Positions 7,767-16,095 of a stretch of 32,000 nt of DNA are shown here, piece after piece. Made by a program: the position numbers and the translations under genes. Source of the stretch: Trichodesmium erythraeum IMS101 (GTDB taxonomy: Bacteria > Cyanobacteriota > Cyanobacteriia > Cyanobacteriales > Microcoleaceae); the NCBI RefSeq assembly GCF_000014265.1, contig NC_008312.1, positions 7,560,001-7,592,000 on the forward strand, in the 5' to 3' direction. The notes beneath the pieces are model-generated. The model was not told the origin of the DNA. It did no database searches and saw only the letters and a program-made list of their open reading frames with translations. Every line of letters begins with the position of its first letter. Position 1 is the stretch's first letter.

Positions 7767-9990
7767 AAATTATCTGTTCTATTTATTTAACAGCTTGAAA
7801 AAGAACTAACTTTGCAAACTTCAAAAAAAATTTAGCTGAAAATTCTGCCATGACTGCAAATTATCTGTTCTATTTATTTAACAGCTTGAAAAAGAACTGA
7901 CTTGGCAAACTTCAAAAAAAATTTTAGCTGAAAATTCTGCCATGACTGCAAATTATCTGTTCTATTTATTTAACAGCTTGAAAAAGAACTGACTTTGCAA
8001 ATTTCAAAAAAAAATTAGCTGAAAATTCTGCCATGACTGCAAATTATCTTTTCTATTTATTTAACAGCTTGAAAAAGAACTGACTTTGCAAACTTCAAAA
8101 AAAATTTAGCTGAAAATTCTGCCATGACTGCAAATTATCTTTTCTATTTATTTAACAGCTTGAAAAAGAACTGACTTGGCAAATTTCAAAAAAAATTTTA
8201 GCTGAAAATTCTGCCATAACTGCAAATTATCTGTTCTATCTGTTTAACAGCTTGAAAAAGAACTGACTTTGCAAACTTCAAAAAAAATTTTAGCTGAAAA
8301 TTCTGCCATGACTGCAAATTATCTGTTCTATTTATTTAACAGCTTGAAAAAGAACTGACTTGGCAAATTTCAAAAAAAATTTAGCTGAAAATTCTGCCAT
8401 GACTGCAAATTATCTGTTCTATTTATTTAACAGCTTGAAAAAGAACTGACTTTGCAAACTTCAAAAAAAATTTTTAGCTGAAAATTCTGCCATGACTGCA
8501 AATTATCTGTTCTATTTATTTAACAGCTTGAAAAAGAACTGACTTTGCAAACTTCAAAAAAAATTTAGCTGAAAATTCTGCCATGACTGCAAATTATCTG
8601 TTCTATTTATTTAACAGCTTGAAAAAGAACTGACTTGGCAAATTTCAAAAAAATTTTTAGCTGAAAATTCTGCCATGACTGCAAATTATCTGTTCTATCT
8701 GTTTAACAGCTTGAAAAAGAACTGACTTTGCAAACTTCAAAAAAAAATTTAGCTGAAAATTCTGCCATGACTGCAAATTATCTGTTCTATTTATTTAACA
8801 GCTTGAAAAAGAACTGACTTGGCAAATTTCAAAAAAAAATTAGCTGAAAATTCTGCCATGACTGCAAATTATCTGTTCTATTTATTTAACAGCTTGAAAA
8901 AGAACTGACTTGGCAAATTTCAAAAAAAATTTAGCTGAAAATTCTGCCATGACTGCAAATTATCTGTTCTATTTATTTAACAGCTTGAAAAAGAACTGAC
9001 TTTGCAAATTTCAAAAAAAAATTAGCTGAAAATTCTGCCATGACTGCAAATTATCTTTTCTATTTATTTAACAGCTTGAAAAAGAACTGACTTTGCAAAC
9101 TTCAAAAAAAATTTAGCTGAAAATTCTGCCATGACTGCAAATTATCTTTTCTATTTATTTAACAGCTTGAAAAAGAACTGACTTGGCAAATTTCAAAAAA
9201 AATTTTAGCTGAAAATTCTGCCATAACTGCAAATTATCTGTTCTATCTGTTTAACAGCTTGAAAAAGAACTGACTTTGCAAACTTCAAAAAAAATTTTAG
9301 CTGAAAATTCTGCCATGACTGCAAATTATCTGTTCTATTTATTTAACAGCTTGAAAAAGAACTGACTTGGCAAATTTCAAAAAAAATTTAGCTGAAAATT
9401 CTGCCATGACTGCAAATTATCTGTTCTATTTATTTAACAGCTTGAAAAAGAACTGACTTTGCAAACTTCAAAAAAAATTTTTAGCTGAAAATTCTGCCAT
9501 GACTGCAAATTATCTGTTCTATTTATTTAACAGCTTGAAAAAGAACTGACTTTGCAAACTTCAAAAAAAATTTAGCTGAAAATTCTGCCATGACTGCAAA
9601 TTATCTGTTCTATTTATTTAACAGCTTGAAAAAGAACTGACTTGGCAAATTTCAAAAAAAATTTTAGCTGAAAATTCTGCCATGACTGCAAATTATCTGT
9701 TCTATTTATTTAACAGCTTGAAAAAGAACTGACTTTGCAAATTTCAAAAAAAATTTAGCTGAAAATTCTGCCATGACCCTAAATTATCTGTTCTATTTAT
9801 TTAACAGCTTGAAAAAGAACTGACTTGGCAAATTTCAAAAAAAAATTTAGCTGAAAATTCTCCCATGACTGCAAATTATCTGTTCTATTTATTTAACAGC
9901 TTGAAAAAGAACTGACTTTGCAAATTTCAAAAAAAATTTAGCTGAAAATTCTGCCATGACCCTAAATTATCTGTTCTATTTATTTACATC
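7767..9990 (+). repeat. Tandem array of about 24 copies of a 91-93 bp unit (not CRISPR: no spacers)
   Basis: Unit: aaattatctgttctatttatttaacagcttgaaaaagaactgactttgcaaacttcaaaaaaaatttagctgaaaattctgccatgactgc. The internal ATG/ATA recurs at 7850, 7942, 8033, 8124, 8216 ... 9865, 9956. The last copy merges into ORF 9956-10168. Confidence 0.97.
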
Positions 9991-10168
9991 AACTTTCATA
10001 TCCGTAGACCACAGCAGGGAAGTTTCCCTACCCGAGATAAAACGCATTTTTGTTATGCAACGTCCAGACCTACAACATCCCTACAAAGTTATAGTTATAG
10101 CGATACCATTAACCCCCTCCTCAGTCAAACAAAAGGAAATGGCCATTATTTCTAAACTGCTAGCATGA
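9956..10168 (+). CDS. Small hypothetical ORF (70 aa); its first 10 codons are the template of the tandem repeat
   Basis: MTLNYLFYLF... is shared with the repeat-unit mini-ORFs. No recognisable family and no clear Shine-Dalgarno sequence. Confidence 0.3.
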   Translation: MTLNYLFYLFTSTFISVDHSREVSLPEIKRIFVMQRPDLQHPYKVIVIAIPLTPSSVKQKEMAIISKLLA

Positions 10169-10337
10169 ACTAAATTTAAGACGAGTAACAATTTTCTAAC
10201 AGTAATCGAAACTGCTATAACTTGTGATATAAAAAGAAAATCTAGTTATAGTATCTTATCTTAAGTTTTCGGCTACCGCCGACATAAACTGGACGACATG
10301 AACAGCAATTCTGTATATTTTAAATTTAGTATTAAAT

Positions 10338-11768
10338 ATGAAAAAAACTCTATTTTTAAACCCCCCTTCCTTTGATGGTTTCGATGGAGGAGCCGGAGCC
10401 AGATATCAAGCCAAACGAGAAATCACCTCATTCTGGTATCCAACCTGGTTAGCTCAACCTGCTGCCCTAGTTCCCGGAAGTAAATTAGTAGATGCTCCTG
10501 CTCATTATCAAACCGTAGAAGATGTACTGAAAATTGCTAAAGACTATGAACTAGTAATTATGCATACCAGTACCCCTTCCCTCCCCAATGACATTAAATG
10601 TGCAGAAGCAATTAAAAATCAAAACCCTGAGACAAAAATAGGTTTTGTTGGCGCCCATGTAGCAGTTTTACCAGAAAAAACTCTCAAAGATCATCCAATA
10701 ATTGACTTTGTTTGTCGCAACGAATTTGATTATACCTGTAAAGAATTATCCCAAGGAAAACCTTTTGCAAAAATTAAAGGATTGAGTTATTATGATACCC
10801 AAGGTAATATTCACCATACCCCAGAACGAGAATTAATTCATGACTGGGATGCCATGCCCAGTGTTTTTCCAGTTTATGCAGAACATCTCAATATTCGTAA
10901 CTATCTAATTGGTTATTTACTTAATCCTTATATATCCTTATATACAGGACGAGGTTGCCCTGCTAAATGTACTTTTTGTTTGTGGCCACAAACTATTGGC
11001 GGACATCAATATCGGGCTAAAAGTCCAGAAGCAGTAGGGCGAGAAATGGCAGAGGCCAAAGCAATTTGGGGTAGCTCCGTGCGAGAATACTTTTTTGATG
11101 ACGATACCTTTACCATTGATAAAAAACGAGCGATCGCCATTAGCGAACATTTACAGCGACTGAAGCTAACCTGGAGTTGTAATGCTCGTGGGAATTTAGA
11201 TTATAATACCCTCAAAGAATTGAAAAAAAACGGACTACGTTTGCTATTAGTCGGTTTTGAATCTGGAAATCAGAAAATTTTGGATGGAGTCAATAAAGGA
11301 ATTAAATTAGAAGTAGCCCGGAAATTTATGGAAAATTGCCATAAGTTAGGAATTAAAGTTCATGGAGCTTTCATTCTCGGTTTACCCAATGAGAGTCAGG
11401 AAACTATTGAGGAGACCATCCGTTTTGCTTGTGAAGTCAACCCCCATACAATTCAAGTTTCCATTGCTTCCCCCTATCCAGGAACAGAATTATATACTCA
11501 AGCAGAGAAAAATGGTTGGTTTACTGGAGACTCTTTAGTTGCTAGTTCTGGAATTCAAATGTCCGCATTACAGTACCCTCATTTGTCAGGTAGTGAAATT
11601 GAAGATGGAGTGGAACAGATGTATCGACGGTTTTATTTTAGACCCAAGTCTATCATTCCTATAGTTGGTGAAATGTTAGCAGATCCACAAATGTTAGTAC
11701 GTCGTTTACGGGAAGGCAAAGAATTTTTGTCTTACCTGAGAGAGCGTCATCAGAGAGCATTGACTTGA
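10338..11768 (+). CDS. hpnJ: B12-binding-domain radical SAM protein, HpnJ-like (hopanoid biosynthesis associated)
   Basis: 476 aa. N-terminus MKKTLFLNPPSFDGFDGGAGARYQAKREITSFWYPTWLAQPAA matches my memory of HpnJ. Radical SAM cluster motif CPAKCTFC (CxxxCxxC). GFESGNQ motif present. Confidence 0.7.
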   Translation: MKKTLFLNPPSFDGFDGGAGARYQAKREITSFWYPTWLAQPAALVPGSKLVDAPAHYQTVEDVLKIAKDYELVIMHTSTPSLPNDIKCAEAIKNQNPETKIGFVGAHVAVLPEKTLKDHPIIDFVCRNEFDYTCKELSQGKPFAKIKGLSYYDTQGNIHHTPERELIHDWDAMPSVFPVYAEHLNIRNYLIGYLLNPYISLYTGRGCPAKCTFCLWPQTIGGHQYRAKSPEAVGREMAEAKAIWGSSVREYFFDDDTFTIDKKRAIAISEHLQRLKLTWSCNARGNLDYNTLKELKKNGLRLLLVGFESGNQKILDGVNKGIKLEVARKFMENCHKLGIKVHGAFILGLPNESQETIEETIRFACEVNPHTIQVSIASPYPGTELYTQAEKNGWFTGDSLVASSGIQMSALQYPHLSGSEIEDGVEQMYRRFYFRPKSIIPIVGEMLADPQMLVRRLREGKEFLSYLRERHQRALT

Positions 11769-11799
11769 TCAAAGAATAAAGAATAATGATTATTTAAGC

Positions 11800-11866
11800 G
11801 GTCAACTGCAATAAACACATTAAATTGTCTTTCTCGCAATAGCAAGAAGTTGACCACTTTTTGTTT
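11800..11866 (+). terminator. Possible intrinsic terminator after hpnJ
   Basis: ggtcaact (11800-11807) pairs with agttgacc (11848-11855), followed by cacTTTTTgttt. The loop is long, so the call is weak. Confidence 0.3.
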
Positions 11867-12073
11867 CCGCTCACCCCATCTGAATTACAGTTTTTACGAT
11901 CTACACTTTTATCTAAAAGAATCTTTATTCTATGGTACTTACCTCTGAATAACTTGTTTTTCTATTTTTTCTATTGATATCCTCCTAAGATCAAATTAAA
12001 AAATTATGAAAGACGGACTCCTATCTATTCAGATAACCAAAATTGTTAACTCAACCCCCGTTAATACATCATT

Positions 12074-12111
12074 CAAAAAAGAATAGCAGTTTTCATTTAG
12101 GTAGAAAACTG
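12074..12111 (-). terminator. Possible intrinsic terminator after the LpxB-related gene
   Basis: 8-bp stem cagttttc/gaaaactg (12087-12111). On the minus strand it is followed by ctattcTTTTTT. Confidence 0.35.
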
Positions 12112-12183
12112 TAGGCAAGTTCCTAAGAACCTCCCTATAAAAGTTTTTGTTATTAGAAGTATGTTCCATCATAGATGAATTTC

Positions 12184-13545
12184 CTAAACCCAATTTAAAT
12201 TAATTAAAAAATTAGCAATTCTTTTAGCCGCACCTGAGCCTCCCATTCTTTTAACACCATTTTTAGCAATTAAGCGCCGTTGCTCTAAGTTATCTAACAA
12301 AGACTTAACTACACCACAAACTTCTCTAGGATCTTTAACCAGAATTTGAGAAATTCCTAAAAGGCGACTTTGATTTTCTGCAAAAGTGGATGTAAACTGT
12401 GGACCCTTGCCAGGAATAGCGATCGCTGGTTTCCCTAAACCGACAAATTGTTCTGTAGCCGTACCTGCCATAGCAATAGCTAAATCTCCCTGATGTATAA
12501 ATTCTTGAAAAGCCTGTTGATTTAAAATCAGACTTGCATTTTTATTCTGAGAAATAAATTTTATGGGAAAATGAATACTTTTTTCTCTAAAACAAAAAGT
12601 TAGTTCAGGTTTATCAGTTGGCATTTGTAAAATACTGTTTTGGTTCTGAGTTAGAATTTCTTGTTCAGTTTGCCAATTATCAAACAAAAGCTGTTTAGTA
12701 AAAGCTTCCAAATCTAAATTAGGAGCGATCGCTGCCAGAAACAAAAACTTTTTTTGTGGAAAGCTTTCGAGCAACCCTGTCACTGCCTGAAGAATAATTT
12801 GCCAATTGGCATAAGCTTCTGGAGAACGAGACCCTGGTAACAAAGTAATTGTTAATTGATCATGCATCTCTAGCATCCGGGCTTTATTACCAGACATTAA
12901 CTCCATAGAGCTTTTTAACTTGACACCATCCATCATCGGGTTTCCCACACAATAAGCTCGAATAGACTTTTTCTTTAACATTTTTGCTGTTAAATCATCT
13001 CTAGCAAGGACTGCCCCACATTTCTTTCTACTCATTAACCAACGTTCCCAAGGAAAATAGACTGACCCTGAGGAAAGCAGGAAACTTTCCACCCAAGACC
13101 TAGGGAGAAGTTGCTCATTTTGATCTCGAATCAGATATTCAGATTTAGCAGTTCCTAAAAAAGTATAAGGTGCTCCACTTAACCAAGCAAATAATAAAGG
13201 CACAATATCCCCAACTGCCAAAATAACTACTTGATGACCATCATTAGTTTGATCACTTATCCAAGATCTTAATGCTTTCAACTGAGCCAAAACAATACTT
13301 AACAAACCACTTTTAACATCTCGCCATAACTGCTTTCCATCCATATAAATAAATCCACCAGAAGGCATTCTTTGTCGGGGGCCAATAATTGAGAAGTCAG
13401 CTATTGTATAAGCTTGTCCTTCTCCCACTATCGGTAAAGCAACAAGATCAGGAGGAAGAGGATATTTTTTGAGTTCTTGCAAAATTTGAGACCCGATCAC
13501 ATCTTCTCCGTGACCATTACTCACGCAAAGTATTTTTAAGGTCAT
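12184..13545 (-). CDS. Lipid-A-disaccharide synthase (LpxB)-related glycosyltransferase-like protein
   Basis: 453 aa. N-terminus ILCVSNGHGEDVIGSQILQEL...ALPIVGEGQAY and C-terminal ...AMAGTATEQFVGLGKPAIAIPGKGPQFT resemble the cyanobacterial LpxB-related family. Call is from pattern memory only. Confidence 0.55.
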   Translation of the reverse strand: MTLKILCVSNGHGEDVIGSQILQELKKYPLPPDLVALPIVGEGQAYTIADFSIIGPRQRMPSGGFIYMDGKQLWRDVKSGLLSIVLAQLKALRSWISDQTNDGHQVVILAVGDIVPLLFAWLSGAPYTFLGTAKSEYLIRDQNEQLLPRSWVESFLLSSGSVYFPWERWLMSRKKCGAVLARDDLTAKMLKKKSIRAYCVGNPMMDGVKLKSSMELMSGNKARMLEMHDQLTITLLPGSRSPEAYANWQIILQAVTGLLESFPQKKFLFLAAIAPNLDLEAFTKQLLFDNWQTEQEILTQNQNSILQMPTDKPELTFCFREKSIHFPIKFISQNKNASLILNQQAFQEFIHQGDLAIAMAGTATEQFVGLGKPAIAIPGKGPQFTSTFAENQSRLLGISQILVKDPREVCGVVKSLLDNLEQRRLIAKNGVKRMGGSGAAKRIANFLINLNWV

Positions 13546-13546
13546 A

Positions 13547-13574
13547 TCAGTTATCAGTTATCAGTTATCAGTTA
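13547..13574. repeat. Heptamer microsatellite (TCAGTTA) x4, STRR-like
   Basis: tcagttatcagttatcagttatcagtta, directly abutting the ATG (13545) of the LpxB-related gene. Confidence 0.9.
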
Positions 13575-14716
13575 GTCTCCTCTGGAGGAAATGAGTTAAC
13601 ACTACTTCCTCTAATAGTATTAGAAATTTTTTTTATGTATATATTAATTAAGGGAGTAGGGTTAGAGACATTATAAGGGCGTCCGTACAACACCATCTAA
13701 AACTCACATTAATCTATTCAAACAGAGGAATAAGATTATTTTACCTACAATTATTTAAGAACTGAAGTATCTCCAAGGTACACCATTAATATATGGGAAT
13801 TGGTATAAATAGGAGATATTAAAATACGGAATTTTCTTTTTTCTCCCTTTAAGAAACTGTTTGTCAAAGGAATATTAAATCCAAAGCTGGGAAGGGTAGG
13901 GTTGTTTTTGCTGGCGCAAAGCTTTCTTTGGGAATGCTGCGTCAACGCACTTCGGCTATCGCCGACATGAAAAGATGGCAAAGGGTAAATACTGAAGAAC
14001 TAAAATCTTAAGTATACTCCTGAATATAGCACTCAGTATTACTAGACTAGAGTAGATATTTTTGCTCTTCATTAAATATAGTAACAGCTAGCAACAGCAA
14101 TAATGTACGGGTAAATGGATGTTTATCCGTACATACTTCCCACCTTGGAGGTTAGGGGCAGACTTAACTTCTCACTTTAGCTATACCAACTGAATTTTTA
14201 ACTAGAATCAGAAAAATGAAAATATTACGAAACCTACAAAGAGGCAAATATACTTGAGAATAAGAATTAGGAAGGGGTGGCTTTGATAGTAATACCAAAG
14301 CTACTTATAATTATTCTTGAGAACAATATTAACTAAAAACCAAAAAAACTCACCTTTTTAAAATTACTTGTATCTAGTTATATATCTCCTTGAAAATTTC
14401 CTCAATTACTTGAGAACAGCTAAAAACTAAAGAAGAACTTGTAGAGTTAGTGACTTGTTTAACAAGAGAACATTCCCGCCCCAGGAAAAACTAAAAGCCA
14501 TCAAAAGATATGGCTGGTTGTAAGTTAAGGGACATAAAGAAAATGGACATCGGTGTTGTTAAAGTACAGAGAAGAAGTAGACAATATCCTCCAAACTATT
14601 AACTATAAGGGTCTTGTTTTCAAGCAGCATTACAATGCCGACAACACCCGTTACTGGGGAGCGGCTGCTCCTATAAAAATTCAAGGTGCAAGCTTTGAAT
14701 AGATTAAATGCTCCAC

Positions 14717-14745
14717 TTGTCAAAGTTAAAATAATTGTGTATCAT
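14717..14745 (+). promoter_or_regulatory. Candidate sigma-70-type promoter of ssrA
   Basis: TTGTCA (14717-14722), 17-nt spacer, TATCAT (14740-14745). It lies about 20 nt upstream of the mature tmRNA 5' end. Confidence 0.4.
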
Positions 14746-14766
14746 AGTATCAATAAGCAACCATGC

Positions 14767-15161
14767 GGGGCATTAACGGTTTCGACAGGGTGGTGAAATC
14801 TGCTTTGTGATGCAGGCCGAGAGTGAGTCTTCTCTCGAAAATCCTGGACTCAAAAAATAATAAGTGCAAACAACATTGTACCTTTTGCTCGTAAGCAAGT
14901 AGCTGCTCTAGCTTAATTGCAAAAACACCTCTTATAGGTTCGAGCGTCTGTGGTTTGACTCCGTTAATAATTGCAGACTTAACCCCAACGGATGCTCTAG
15001 CAATTTTTCTCTGGTTACCTGCTAGTTAAGATTTAACCAGAGCATCCCACTATCCGGGATAATGGATAGTCCCAGCTCTGAGGGTTAAGAAGGGCTAAAC
15101 CTGTGAATGAGTGAAGGGTGAATAGCCATTTTGGACATGGGTTCGACTCCCATATGCTCCA
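14767..15161 (+). ncRNA. ssrA: tmRNA (SsrA), one-piece form
   Basis: 5' GGGGCATTAACGGTTTCGACAGG. 3' GGACATGGGTTCGACTCCCATATGCTCCA. The acceptor stem pairs GGGGCAT with ATGCTCC and includes the G3-U pair. Tag reading frame 14866-14916 encodes ANNIVPFARKQVAALA followed by TAA, a typical cyanobacterial ANNIV... tag. Confidence 0.93.
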
Positions 15162-15184
15162 TACATTAGTTATAAGTCTCTCCA

Positions 15185-15224
15185 AGCCGTTTTCTGCTTT
15201 TCTAGCAGAGGCCGGCTTTTTTTT
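15185..15224 (+). terminator. Intrinsic terminator after ssrA
   Basis: agccg...ctgc ttttcta gcag...gccggct followed by TTTTTTTT (15217-15224). Confidence 0.6.
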
Positions 15225-15812
15225 ATCGATTTTCTCAAAACATTATTGAGGATAGGAAGTTGATCAGTTGGGTAAGTTTTTGACTTTCTAGTTGTGGCCA
15301 TAATTGAAGGTTTTTGACTATATTCTGGACTAGAGAGAAAAAACTGTAGATAGATATTACGGATATTTACATTTCAAAGCAGAAATCTGTACCTATACAT
15401 ATTGTATATATTCCCAAAAACCTACCCCAGTCAGATAAGTAACGACTTTGTATCCAATTTCCTCATGAAATAGACAAATTAGGCACAATATATTTTTGCT
15501 TTTTTCCTATACCTTAAAAAGATTACTTAACTTTAGCTTTTTAGTTAATAACTGAATTCTTGAGGAACAACAGCATCATTGAATTGGTATTACTTTTAAC
15601 TTTGGACTGGCCTTTATATAGAGCTATAGCCCCTAGCAAAATAAAAGTCCCTAGGCCAGAGTTGACTGAGGGACAAATAACTATTCAGGGTGCATCTATA
15701 AAAAATTATAGTACAAAACCTATGATGGGTAAAACCCATCGACTCAATATAAAAAAATATATTTTAAATCCAAAAAAGTATTAGTTTAACTAAACTAAAT
15801 TCAAAATAGATC

Positions 15813-15943
15813 AAAAAAAAGTCCCTCAACAAATTTCAGTTAAGAGACGATAACTATCAGGGTGCATCTACTAAACGTAGTGTAACACCCCTGAAGGGTT
15901 AGACCCCCTATTTTTATATTTAAATATTTAATGTTACTAATAA
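15813..15943 (-). ncRNA. Candidate small RNA gene (copy 2)
   Basis: Minus strand has a perfect TATAAT (15955-15950). About 130 nt downstream is the hairpin GUCUCUUAAC-N8-GUUGAGGGAC followed by U8. This stem needs G-U wobbles on the minus-strand RNA; the same positions would be A-C mismatches on the plus strand. Internal hairpins: CAGGGGUG..CACCCUG, CUAC..GUAG, GGGU..ACCC. Confidence 0.35.
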
Positions 15944-15962
15944 TCAAAAATTATATCTTAGC

Positions 15963-16095
15963 AAAAAAAAAAGTCCCTCAACAAATTTCAGTTGAGAGAC
16001 GATAACTATCAGGGTGCATCTACTAAACGTAGTGTAACACCCCTGAAGGGTTAGACCCCCTATTTTTATATTTAAATATTTAATGTTACTAATAA
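15963..16095 (-). ncRNA. Candidate small RNA gene (copy 3)
   Basis: Same architecture as copy 2. TATAAT at 16107-16102 on the minus strand. Terminator hairpin GUCUCUCAAC-N8-GUUGAGGGAC followed by U10. Confidence 0.35.

Noticed and set aside
7767-9990. Possible CRISPR array
   Set aside because: The units are contiguous at 91-93 bp with no unique spacers between them, and no cas genes are nearby. This is a plain tandem repeat.
10938-11150. ORF 10938-11150 (-)
   Set aside because: It is antisense inside hpnJ.
13751-13981. 76-aa minus-strand ORF
   Set aside because: It has a TTG start, sits in a long AT-rich spacer, has no family resemblance, and begins inside the dispersed GC hairpin motif.
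14150-14215. tRNA-like string (minus strand AGTTGGTATAGC, D-loop-like)
   Set aside because: The flanking sequence cannot form D, anticodon, T or acceptor stems.
14530-14702. Short open frames upstream of ssrA (for example ...VLLKYREEVDNILQTINYKGLVFKQHYNADNTRYWGAAAPIKIQGASFE)
   Set aside because: There is no ATG, the frame is under 55 codons, and I could not match any family. It may be a gene remnant but cannot be supported.
15560-15784. 74-aa plus-strand ORF (TTG start)
   Set aside because: It runs through copy 1 of the structured repeat cassette and ends in Lys/Asn-rich AT-driven codons. It is most likely non-coding.
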